This document shows positions 38,238 through 51,369 of a stretch of 64,000 bases of DNA, piece after piece. The stretch lies in assembly GCF_009914755.1 (NCBI RefSeq), contig NC_060926.1. The stretch is one strand, 5' to 3'. Under the pieces are notes generated by a model. That model worked only from the letters and a program-made list of their open reading frames with translations, had not been told where the DNA came from and ran no database searches. The first letter of the stretch is position 1. Each line of letters begins with the position of its first letter. The stretch comes from the human T2T-CHM13v2.0 reference genome, Homo sapiens. The position numbers and the translations under genes were made by a program.

Positions 38238-41200
38238 GGGGTGGAGCAAGAGAGTTGAATAAAAGGCTTTACCAATTGTCCCTTCTGCAGGTACACCAAA
38301 TTTAACAACTATCTACATTAAAAAAAAATCCACCTTCTCAAGACCAAAAATCAGATCAGTGTTCACAGTACCTGATTTTAACTTCATATCACTGAAAGAG
38401 GCATTGAAGAGACTAGGAAAAGCAGTCTTGAACTGCCAATGTCATCCCTGCCCCATCCCCTGGCAGAAGTTGTATAACATCAAAAACTAATAATATTTGT
38501 GCTTGGGAGAGGGAGAGTGTAGTGATTGTGAAACTCTGCATTGACCTCAGTGTTGCCCTGTCATAGTGAAAAGCAAAATTGGGCTGAATTCGCCAATGCC
38601 TGTGTACAGAGGGAGCATTTAGATCAGCCATAACGAGATGAAAATTGCCCATTCTAGAGGTCAGAATTTGAGTTCTGGAAAGCCTCACCATAGGAGGCTA
38701 AAGTGCTCTGGGTCCCTAAATAAACTTGAAAGGCAGTGTAGGCCACAAGAACTGCAACTCATAGGCAAGTTCTAGTCCTGAGCTGTGCTCTAGGCCAGTG
38801 GGCTTGGGGGACTCGTGTCCTACTGAGATGCCAACTGGGGCAGCTAAGGGAGTACTTGTTCCATCCCTCCCCCAGCCTCAGGCAGCACAGCTCACAGCTC
38901 CAAAAAGACCCCTTCCTTCAGGAGAGGAGAGGGAAGAGTAAAGAGAACTTCATCTTGCATGTTGGATGCCAGCTTAGTCACAGTAGGATAGGACATAGGG
39001 AAGAGTTAATAGGCCTCCATTCCAGGCCCTAACTCCTTAATGACATTTCTAGACACACCCTGGGCCAGAAGGGAAACTGCTACCTTAAAGGGAAGGACCC
39101 AGTACTAGAAAGATCCATCACTTGATGATTGAAGAGCCCTTGTGCCCTGAATAACCAGCAACAACACCCAGTTAGTGTGCTATGGGCCTTGGGTAAGACT
39201 CTGAGACATGCTGGCTTCAGATGAGACATAGCATATTCTCATCTGTGATGACTATGGTGAGAAACTCCTTGTCCTTAAGAAAAGCAGAGGGAAAAGTAAA
39301 GAGGACTTTATCTTGCACCTTAGGTACAAGCTCAGCCACAGTGGGGTAATGCAACAAATGGGCTCCTAGGGTTTCCAACTCCAGATTTTGACTTTTGTAC
39401 AGCATTACTGGACCTGGCTGGGTGAGAGGGGAGCCCACTTCCCTAAAGGGTGAGTTCCAGGGCTGGCAGCATTCACTACAATCTGACGGAAGAGCCATTA
39501 AGCCTTAAGTGAACGTCAGCGATAGCCTGGCAATACTCTGCATGGGCCTGTGGTGGTGGTGGCCATGGGATGAGCCCCCTCTGCCTGTGGAAAGATAAAG
39601 GAATAGTGAAAAGAGCTGTGTCTCATGGTTTCAGTGCAGCTCAGTTGCAGTAGAATAGAACACCAGGTAGGTTTCTAAAGTTCTTAACTCTAGTCTCTGG
39701 CTGCCAGATGAAATCTCTGGATCTCACTCAGTGCCTGGGGGAACTTGTCAGCCCAAAGGGAAAGACAGAACCCTGGCTGGCTTTGTCACCTGCTGACTAT
39801 AGAGCCCTAGGGCCATGAGTGAACATTGGAAAGCCTTCCCAAGAAGAACAGGTATAATAAAGCCCAGACATTGAAGACTACAATACCTAACTCTTCAGTG
39901 ATGAGACACCAATAAACATACATAAGCATAAAGACCATCTAGGAAAACAAGACCTTACCAAATGAACTAAATGAGGCATCAGCAACCAATAATGGAGAAA
40001 GACAGATATGTGACCTTTCAGATAGAGGATTCAAAATAGTGTTGACAAAACTAAAAAATAATCAGGTTAACTCAGAGAAAAAAATTCCAGATAGCAAAAA
40101 AAAAAAAGTCTTGGATGTTGTGATCTAAGTTATTTCTGCATTAGGGAGCACTCCAAGCCCAGTAATGCTGTGGTTCTTGCCCAAGACCTTGGCAATAGCG
40201 AGGTAGTGGTAACAGTGGGCTTTGGGCAAGACCCAGTTCTGTGCTGGCCTCTGGTCTGACCCAGCACAGTCCCACTGGTGGTAGCCACAGGGGTGCTTCT
40301 GTCACTTTATCCTCAGCTCCAGGCAGCCCAGCAGAGAGAAGGAGATTCCATTTGTTTGGGAAAAAGTAAGAGAACCAGTGTCTCACCAAGGTCTTGGGCA
40401 AGAACCACAGCATTACTGGGCTTGGAGTGCTCCCTAATGCAGAAATAACTTAGATCACAACATCCAAGACTTTTTTTTTTGCTATCTGGAAAGCCTTCCC
40501 AAGAAGAACAGGTATAATAAAGCCCAGACATTGAAGACTACAATACCTAACTCTTCAGTGATGAGACACCAATAAACATACATAAGCATAAAGACCATCT
40601 AGGAAAACAAGACCTTACCAAATGAACTAAATGAGGCATCAGCAACCAATAATGGAGAAAGACAGATATGTGACCTTTCAGATAGAGGATTCAAAATAGT
40701 GTTGACAAAACTAAAAAATAATCAGGTTAACTCAGAGAAAAAAATTCAGAATTCCATCAGATATATTTAGCAAAGAGATTAAAGTTAATTAAGAAGAATT
40801 AAGCAGAAATTCTGGAGCTGAAAAATTCCAATTGGCATACTGAAGAATGCATCAGAATCTCTTACCAGCAGAACTAATCAAGAAAGAAAGAAAGAGAGAA
40901 ATGGCGAGCCTGAATGCAGGTAATTTAAACATACATACAGGAGACAAAAGAAAAAAGAATAAAACATGCTACAGGATCTAGAAAATAGCCTCAAATTGGC
41001 AAATCTAAGAGTTATTGGCCTTATAGAGAAGGTAGAGAAAGAGAGAGAGGTAGAAAATTTATTCAAAGATAATATCAGACAATTTCCCAAACCTAAAGAC
41101 GATATCAATATCTAAGTATAAGAAGGTTACAGAACACCAAGCAGACTTACTCCAAAGAAGACTATCTCAAGTCATTTAATAATCAAACTCCCAAAGGTCA

Positions 41201-42340
41201 AGGGTAAAGAAATAATCCTAAAAGCATCAAGAAAAAAGAAACAAATAACATACAATGGAGCACCAATAAATCTGGCACTAGACTTTTCAGTTTACACTTT
41301 ACAGGCCAGAAGAGTGATGTGACATATTTAAAGTGCTGAAGGAAAAAAAACTACACAAAACTTTTATCCTAGAGTAGTATATCTGGTAAAAATATTCTTC
41401 AGATGTAAAGGAGAAATAAAGACTTTCCCAGACAAACAAAAGCTGAGGGATTTCATCAGCACTAGACATGTCCTACAAGAAATGCTGAAGGGAGTACTTC
41501 AATCAGAAAAAAAAGGACATTATTGAGCAATAAGAAACCATCTGAAGGTACAAAAAAACACACCAAAACTTGACTTGTACTAGTAAGTGCAAAGAAGAAC
41601 AGAATGTTATAACTGTTAACTATGGTGTGTAAACTAAATTTTCTTAAGTAAAAAGACTAAAAGATGAACGAGTCAAGAATAACAACCTTTCAAGACACAG
41701 ACAGTACAATAGGATATAAATCGAAGCAAGAAAAAGTTAATAAGCCAAGCAACACAGTTAAAGTGTAGAGTTTCAATATTTTTGTTTGTGCTTGTTAGTT
41801 TGTTTATATAATCAGGGTTAAGTTGTCAGCTTAAAATGATTAGTTATAGAATAATATTTGCAAGCCTTTTGTTAACTTCAAATCAAATAACATACAACAA
41901 ATACACAAAAATAAAAACCAATAAATGAAATCATACCACCAGAGAAAATTATCTTTACTAAAAGGAAGGCAGGAAAGAAGGAAAAAAGAAGGAGAAGACC
42001 ACAAAACAACCAGAAAACAAATAACAAAATGGCAGGAATAAGCCCTTACTTTTCAGTAATAACTTTGAATGTAAATGGACTAAACTATCCATTCAAAAGT
42101 TATAGAGTCCCTGAATGGATTAAAACAAACAAACAACAACAAAAAATAAGAAAAAACAAGACTGTATGATCTGTTGCCTACAAGAAACACATTTCACCTG
42201 AAGACATACATAGATTACATATAAAAGAATAGCGAAAGATATTCCATGCCAATAGAAGCAAAAAAAAAAAAGTGGAAGTATCTATACTGATATCAGACAA
42301 AATAGATTTCAAGATAAAAACTGTAAGAAGAGATAAAGAA
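38238..42340 (+). mobile_element. L1MA/L1PB-age L1: 5' UTR, decayed ORF1 and ORF2 start, 3'-truncated
   Basis: 5' end ggtggagcaag...; GC-richer UTR with internal repeats; ORF1 motifs (ataatcaaactcccaaaggtcaag, ctttcccagacaaacaaaagctgaggga); ORF2 start atggcaggaataagccc...ttgaatgtaaatggactaaac at ~42029. Confidence 0.92.
39827..40747. repeat. 261-bp direct repeat (39827-40087 = 40487-40747) plus ~107-bp inverted repeat (40085-40192 vs 40386-40491)
   Basis: Line-by-line identity at an offset of 660. The inverted arms differ only in homopolymer length (A12 vs T10). Confidence 0.97.
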
Positions 42341-45300
42341 GTGTTCATTGTTAGTATATGGAAATACAAGTAGATTTTGTGTGATGTTTTTATACCCTGA
42401 AATTTTGCTGAGTTCATTTATTCATTCTAACACATGTATGTGTTTGTGTGTGTATGTGTGTGTGCCTGTGTATGTGTGTCTGTACATGTAATTTTAGGAT
42501 TGACTGCGTATAAGATCATGTCATCTCTGAACACAGGGTGAATTTTTCTTCCCTTTTTTTCTATTTGAATGCCTTTATTTCATTTTCTTGCCTAATTTTG
42601 CAACAAGGATTCCCAGTACTGTGTTGAATAGAAGTAGCAAAAACAGGCATCCTTGTCTTGTTCTTGATCTTAGAGGAAAGGCTTTCAGTCATTAATTATA
42701 TTAGCTATGGATGTTTCATATATGGCCTTTATTATGTGGAAATATATTTTTCTATTCCTAGCTTTTTGAATTTTTATTCATGTAAGAACATTTAATTTTG
42801 TAAATTTTTTTCTGCATCTATTCAGTTGTTCACATAGTATTTTTTCTTCATTCTGTTAATGTGTATAATATTAATTGATTTGCATATATTGAAACATCCT
42901 TGCATCCAATAAATAATTCCCCTTGATTTTGAGTGTATTTTAATTTTAATATATTGTTGAAATTAGTTTGGTAGTATTTTGTTGAGAATTTTACATCCAT
43001 ATTTATACAGCATATGAGTCTGTAGCTTTTTTATGTTACAGTGGTTTTATTTGTTTGTTTTTTGAATCAGGCTGATACTGGACCCAGAATAAGTTAGGAG
43101 GTGTTCCTGCTTCAATATTTTGGAGGAATTTCAGAAGAATTGATGTTAACTCTAAATGATTGGTAGAATTTATCAGTAAAGTCATCTTGCTCAAGACGTT
43201 TCTTTATTAAGAGGTATTGATTACTGACTAAATCTGCTTACTAGCTATAGGTTTATTTAGATTTTCTATTTCTTTATAATTCAGCCTTGGAAGGTTGATT
43301 ATTTATTGGAAATTGCCTGGTTCATCTAGGTTATCCAATTTGTTTGTGTGTTACCATTCATAGCATTTTCTTACAATCCTTTTTATTTGTATAAAATCAG
43401 TATAATGTTTCCACTTTCGTATCTGATTTTAGTTATATTAATCTTTTTCATAGTCAATTTAGATAACTTTATTAATTTTGTTGATATTTTTGAAGAATCA
43501 GTTATTTGTTTTGTTAACTTTTTAATTGTTTTTCTATTTTGTTTACCTCTGTTCTAATCTTTATTATTTCCTTTCTTCTGCTAATTTTACATTTAGATTT
43601 GTCTTCTTCTTAAAGTGCAAAGTTAAGTTGCTGATTTGATATCTTTCTCTTTCAATTAAAGTGTTTGTAGGTATGATTTGTTATATTAGCATTACTTTCA
43701 CTGCAACTCGGAAGTTTTAGTAAATTGCGTTGTAATTTTTATGAAGATATTTTCTAATTTTTCTGTAATTTTTTTTATTTATTGCATGTCTAAGGGTGTG
43801 ATGCTTAATTTCCTCATTGTTGTGAATTTTCCAGTTTTCCTTTTGATATTGATTTTGAGTTTCACTCCATTGTGATTGAAAAATATACTTTATATGATTT
43901 TAATCTTTTAAAATTTATTGACTTGTTTTTTTGCCTAACATGATCTACTCTGGCAAATGTTGCATGTGCCCTAAAGAAAAATATGTATTCCATTGTTGTT
44001 GGGTTGAAAATTCAGTGTGTGTCTTTTGGGTATAATTGGTCTATACTTATTGTTCAATAGAAATTTCTTATTGATCTTCTGTTAGGTTGCTATATCCGTT
44101 ATTGATAGTGAGGTATTGCAATCTCTATTTTTGTAGTGCTATTTCCCTCTTCAATTCTGTCAGTGTTGTTTTATATATTTTGGAGCTCTGATATTTGGTG
44201 CATATATGTTTATAATTATTATATCTCCTTGGTGAATTGACCATTTATCATTATATGATGTTTTCTTTAACTCTTGCCACAGTTTTTGACTTAAAATCTA
44301 TTTTTTATATTATTAGTGTAGTCATCTTGCCCTTTTTTGGTTACTGTTTGCAAGTAATATCTTTTTCCATTCTTTCACCTTCAAATTTTGTATGTCCTTC
44401 CATGTAAAGTTATTCTATAGTTGGATCATGTTTTATTATACATTTTCTCAAACTATGTTTTTTGATCAGAGAAGTTAATCTATGTAAAACTAAAATGACA
44501 TTTATAGGGAAGGAGTTACTCTTCCATTTTGTTTTTTGTTTTCTCCTTGTCTTGAATGGTTTATAAGAATCCATTGTCTTCTTCTTAATCATCTTCTATT
44601 GTAGTTAATTAATTTTTTAGTGGACTGTTTTGATTCCCTTTTCATTTCCTTTTACAAATATTCTACAGATTTTATTTTTTGTTACCATGGAGATTACTTA
44701 TAACATTAGGAAGTTATAACAATCTAAGGTGATACCAAGTTAAATTTAGTTACATACAAAAACTCCCCACCCTTACAGCCCCCCCTATTTGAGGTTATTG
44801 ATGTCACAAATTACATCATTAGTTATTATGTACTCAATTAATATAGATTTATAATAATATTTATTCATTAGCCTTAAAAATGCTGTAAGAAATAAAACCT
44901 GAAGTTACCAACCAAAATGAAAAAAATAAACCTTGTTTTTATATTTGCCCATATCTTTATCAAAGATTTATATGTCATCATACATTTTTGAGTTACTGCC
45001 TATCATCTTTTCATTTTGACCTAATTTATTTCATTTAACATTTCACATAGGGTTGGTCTAGTGATAATTAACTCTCTCAGATCTTATCTGGGAATGTCTA
45101 ATTTCTCCCACAAACCTGTCTGAAGGACAGTTTTGTTGCATACAAGTCTTTCTTGACAATTTTAATACAAGATCCCTCTGCCTTCTGACCTGCATGATTT
45201 CTGCTGAGAAATCTGCTTATTATCTCATTATGGATTTCTTGTATATAATGACACTTCATTTTTATTTTCTTTTTGTGTGCCTGTGTGTGTGTGGACTTTT

Positions 45301-46400
45301 TTTTTGTCTGTTGACAAAATTCTCTTTGTCTTCAGATTTTTAACTGTTTGATTATAATTTTTTTAATGTGAGTCTTCTTACATTTATTCTATATGATGTC
45401 TGTTGAGCCTCTTAAATTTGTAGATTCATGTATTCCATCAAATTTTGTAAGCTTTCCATAATTATTTCTTTAGATAATCTGTCTTCTCTTTCTCTCTCCC
45501 TTCTTCTGTGATTTTCATAATACAGACATGTTTGTCCCACAAGTTCCTTAAGTTCCTCTGTTCACTTTTCTTCACTTGTCCCATAACACTTGATGGTGTC
45601 CCATTAGTTCCTTAGGATCTGTTCACTTTTCTTCATTCCTTTTTTTTTCTGTTTGCTCCTTAAATTTGATTATTTCAAATGTCTTTTCTTCAAGTTTGCT
45701 GATTCTTTTTTATGCCTGTTCAAGTATGCTGTTGGACTCCTTTAGTGAGTTTTTCAATTGTCATTCTATTTTTCAGCTCCAGAATTTTCAGTCAGTTCCT
45801 TTTTACAATATTATCTTTGTTGATACAATCATTTTGTTCATGTATCATTTTTCTATCTTCCTTTATTTATTTTTCTGTGTTTTCTTTTAGCTTTTAGAAC
45901 ATATGTAAACAGTTGCTTTAAAATATTTTTCTAGTACACCTGATGCCTATGTTTCTTCAGGAAATACTTGTACTAGTTTTTTTCATTTGAATAGGCCATG
46001 ATTTTTATTTTTTCTTTGTATTCCTTCTTCCTTTTTTTGAAAATTCATCATTTGAATAAAAAGTTACTTCTTCTGGTCTTGGCAGAGTGATATTGTGTGG
46101 AAAATACCTCGCTAATTAGTAGGGCATGCCCAAACAATTCATTTTGCCTGGACTATATGTGTGCTTTTTTCAATTCCTTTATATACATGGCTATTTTTAA
46201 ATGTCTTTATTTGACAGAGAGTTTCATCTCAGCCTATCCATGGGGATTTAGGTGATCTATTATGTGTCTTCATCTGTATTTTCTTATGCCAGAGTCTGCA
46301 GGTCAGTAGTCCCTGGCTGTTTTCATGCGCAATGCCTGTTACTGTTTTCCATAGCTTTTCCCAGGCTGAGATCTGAGCTATGTCACTTTTCCCCATACAG
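42341..46400 (-). mobile_element. Old L1 (L1M), antisense: RT to endonuclease part of ORF2 and ORF1, 3'-truncated
   Basis: T-rich antisense ORF2 motifs (gttgaatagaagt...gcatccttgtcttgttcttgatcttagaggaaaggctttcag; atatttggtgcatatatgtttataatt) and ORF1 motifs (ttctgctgagaaatctgct). Confidence 0.88.
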
Positions 46401-46429
46401 CCTTTTCTCCAAACAAGTATATATATAGA

Positions 46430-46613
46430 AAAACTTCTGGTCTTTATTTCTTTTCTTATAAGGACAACAATTCTGTTGAATTAGGGTCCACTCTTATGAC
46501 TCAATTAACTTCAATTACCTCCTTACATGTCCTATTTCCAAATACAGTCACACAGGGTTTTAGGGCTTCAACATATGAATTTGGGTGAGGGGGTTCCAAT
46601 TCAGTCCATAGCA
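46430..46613 (-). mobile_element. MLT1A/B LTR 5' half
   Basis: cttataaggaca...tttccaaatacagtcaca...ggcttcaacatatgaatttggg...aattcagtccatagca. Confidence 0.85.
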
Positions 46614-47392
46614 GACAAAACAATTGCATGTTGGTGATTAATATTTGTTTGCTTTTTATTTATTTATTTTTATTTTTTGTGGTTGCTGGTTTTACTTTTT
46701 CTTAATATGTCATTATTTTCCTTTCATTCTTGAAAGGCTATTTTACCAGGCATACCATTCTAAGTTGGCAATTACTTTCTCCTCTCCCTCTGATAATATT
46801 TGTTCCACTCTCTCCTGACCCTTTTGGTGCTATTGATAAGTTTACTGTTTCTCTAAATAATGCTTCTTATATTCTTACTTAAAAAAATCAATTTGCTTTT
46901 GGTGTTCTGTATTTTCACCGAAATGTGTCAGGATAATTTTTTGTCTATTCATAGTATTTAGAGTATGCTATGCTTTCTGAATCATAAGAGTTCTTTCCTT
47001 TATAATTTCTGGAAAATTCTCAGTGATCATTTTATTAGTTTGGTTCCATTCTCTCTAAGTTCCTATGTTCTCTTTCTCTTTATGTTCTGCATCAGGAAAC
47101 CTGAGTCAATGCACGTTAGACCTTCTGAATTTATTTTCCATTTATCTCATTTTTACTTTTACTCCTCTTTCTCTGAGTTCTGCATTTCATTAACTTTTTC
47201 CTATATTTTTAGTTTACTAATTCTCCGTTCAACTATGTTTAATCCGTTCTTTAATATATTTATTGGGTTTTTGATATAAAGGGAGATATTTTTAATGTCT
47301 GTAAACTCTGTTTGATTCTTTAAAAAATAAACATGGTCATTGTATAGCTGCTTTCCCTTCTTATGCTTTCAATTCTCTGTTTTGTTCCTTTA

Positions 47393-47819
47393 CCCTTTTC
47401 CCATATGCCCCAAGAATACTTTCTAGCAGTACTTGCGGCTGCAGCATTTACCCTGAGATAACTTTGCCACAAAATATCTTGCTTTTATTATTAATTTTTG
47501 CACCACTCTAGTATACCCACTTTGGAAACAAATGATATCATTCTATTTATAGCATTCTATTTTTAGTAGTGGTTACTTGTATTTATGAAATATAGTAATT
47601 CTCCATCGCTGAATTAATAAATCCATTTTCTTCTAAATATATGATTGACGATTCAGATGATTCTGATGTTAGTTCTGTTTAGAAATAACTCAAACAATAG
47701 CTTTATATTTTATTTTCACATTAAAAATCAGATTTGCTTCAGCCTCAAAGAGTGTGTTTATATAAAATTAAATGAGCATTGACAGTGAGCTGCCTTTTTT
47801 TTTCTAAATAAGAAAAGGG
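47393..47819 (+). mobile_element. MER75 piggyBac-derived MITE
   Basis: TIRs CCCTTTTC / GAAAAGGG; TTAA on the right (47820-47823) and TTTA on the left; internal cttgcggctgcagcatttaccctgagataactttgccac matches MER75 as recalled. Confidence 0.9.
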
Positions 47820-48265
47820 TTAAACACATAAAGTGTATTTTCTGTGTGTGCTATTTTCAATACCTGAAGTCTTTGGAAGTCTAATTCTGTTGTTTTTTAA
47901 TTTCTGCTGACTCTCCCTAATAATGGCTTATTTTCATGCAAATTTTGAAAGATTGGGGAAAACCCAATTAATGTGAAGCTCTGTTTAAAAAATGTGAAGG
48001 ACTGAGGTTATGGATTTTTTGAGGAGAATATTTTTTCCTCTCTACCACTTTGGGTGCTGTAATTTACTCTCTCATATCTGTTCTAACTTACCTCCCACCT
48101 TGGAGATGCCTGATGCCTTCTCTCCTGTACTGTTAAATCTCAATACTCTGGATCACCGTGAATCATTGGTTCTCAGTGCATCTGCTAGCTCCAGAGTGTA
48201 CTGTTCAACCTTCAGGCTTCTGCTAGTGAACTGAATTCTTTATTTAAAAAATCATATTTTATCTT

Positions 48266-48569
<304 letters not shown>

Positions 48570-48677
48570 ATCACATATTATCTTGTATTTTGTAGTTTTA
48601 GCTACTTTTTTTTTTCTTTTTTCAAGCTTCCTGTTTCTTTATGAGAAAGGAAATGGTAAATAATCACTTAATTTTGA

Positions 48678-49108
<431 letters not shown>

Positions 49109-49429
49109 TATATTTTTCAATCCAACAGATAACAGAAAAGAAATAAAAAGAAGAAGTCTGGCAACTAGGAAAAAAAATGATATGGTTTCATCAAACCTAC
49201 TATATCAGTACTCTAATTCAGAAGGTTTAAAGTAATCTATTAAACGATTTTTCAAAAATGGATTACATATTTTTGAAATCCAACTTTATTCTCCTTATAA
49301 GACATGAGTATTGACCCTATGTTTTACAATATCTAAAACTGTATAGTAAGTACCGTTCTCTACCTTAGCATATATCAACTCTCATTGAAACTTTACCATG
49401 TCACCATTATGCATAGTCTCTTTATGTGT

Positions 49430-50340
49430 AAACTTTTTTAGTCTAGAAAAATTATTTTTAAAAATAGATTATCTCTATCTTCTTTCTTACCAACCCATCC
49501 TCTGGGTTAAATTTGCTTCTTTCTAATTTTTTTTCATACTCATACTTTTAGTTATAAAGTCTGTAAGTTCAACTTAGTGGTTTATATCTAAAGTTTTTAT
49601 TTTGGCTTTACAATTGCATGATTGTTTGCCTTGATGTATAATTCCAGATTGACAATTATCTTCCCTAAGCACTTTCATTCTATTATTCCATTTTTGTCTG
49701 GCATTTATTATTGGTGATGAAACATCTGCTTGTCTTGATAATAAGACATTCTAATTGCCATTTGCTAGTAAGTAACCTGTTTTTTTGCTTTAGAACGTTA
49801 CATTTTTTATGTTCTTCAGTTTTATTACTATATGTTTACTGTAGATTTATTTGGATTTATCCTTTTTAATATTTAATATCTTTTCAATCTGAAAACCATG
49901 GTTCTTATAAATTATAGAAAGTTCGCATCAAAAACCTTTTCGAATGTTTTTTTTTTTTTTTTTTATTCTCTTCTTTATCTACTTTGGGAATTCTTATGAA
50001 GTGAATACCAAAGCCTCTTAATCTATCTTTCATGTTTTAAAATTTCTTTCACATTTTCCTCATCCTTTTAGCTTTCTGTATAGTGGTCAGCAGTGTATTC
50101 TAAAACTGTATTAATATACTGTAGATGTTACATTTTTGAAGACTTTTGTTTCAATGGTCATGTTTCCCTACTCCAGATTTTTATTGGAATGGCTCTCTTT
50201 CTATATTCTGGTTACTTCTCATGCAGCAAAAAGCTATCTTTTCTTACCACCTTTTCTGATAAATATGTTTTACTTATCTCTCATTTCTTTTTTATTTTTT
50301 GCTTCATTTCTTCTCATAACTCATATTACTTCCTGAAATG
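49430..50340 (-). mobile_element. Degraded old L1 (L1ME-like) fragment
   Basis: T-rich antisense ORF1-like motifs (tataattccagattgacaattat, ttggtgatgaaacatctgct). Boundaries approximate. Confidence 0.5.
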
Positions 50341-51369
50341 TTTGTTCTTAATTTCTTTCTTTCCCCACTCCTTCTCCCTCTCTTTTTCTTCCCTTCACTC
50401 TTGATTTTCTCCCTCACTACAAGTCAGTAGTGACTTCTGTGTTTTGTTCATGTTTCTTTCTAGCACCTATAATAGCGCCTGCTACATAGTAATGTTCAAT
50501 AAATACTTGACGAATGGATGATTCTCTTTAATTTTCCTTCTCTTGATACAAATCTATTTTTGTTTTTAAATTCGTTTGGTTAAAATATTGTTAATTTCTT
50601 TAACTTTTGAGAGTCTTTAAACATGCAGTTATTCCTTTCTGATTCTTTTGGTAGTTAAATTAATTTTTTGACTGTTTACATTAGTTTGCTCTTTTACTTA
50701 GCCTACTTTAATCTAGGGGATTTGGGATTTCAGCCTGCATGTTCCCTTTGAGGACCGTAATTCTTTTCTCCCATGTTCCCTTTGTGTTCTGCTCCCTTTG
50801 TGCGTATTGGTTTAATGATTGCATCTACCCAGACACATTCCAAAATCAGGTTTCCAAGTGGCACAGAATGGACAGAATAGCTTTTGTCCTCAGTGCTATC
50901 AGAGCTTACTCACTGATCCTGGGGGTGCTTTGGCAAGGTCCTGATTATCAGGCTGTCTCTGGTCACTCCCACCATCCTAGTCGTATAGGCTGACATAAAG
51001 CAAAACCCTGACAGTGGTCACTATTTTCTTGACCACTTTTACATAGGTGAGAAATCTATTCTAGCCCCTCTTTAGGCCTGGTTGTATTCTCCTATTCTCC
51101 TTTATTCATGGGAAGACTTTTTTTCTTTTTTCTTTTCTTTCTTTCTTTTTTTTTCTTTTTTTCTTTTGCCTCCGTTGTACTAAGATAAACTCCCAGTTAC
51201 CTCTACCTATTTTGGGACCTGGAATGCAGAATTGTCAGTTTGTGTCTTCAGCACACTTACTGATTTGCATTTTAAAAGTAGCTAAGTCTTACAATTCAAA
51301 AAAAATGATTATCAAAGTCGTGCTTAGAACAGAAGGGTTGGGAGGAAATTTAATGCAAGAACTTGACTA

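Noticed and set aside
38238-46400. Single twin-primed inverted L1
   Set aside because: Both halves contain their own ORF1 and endonuclease regions, and neither shows a 3' end or poly(A).
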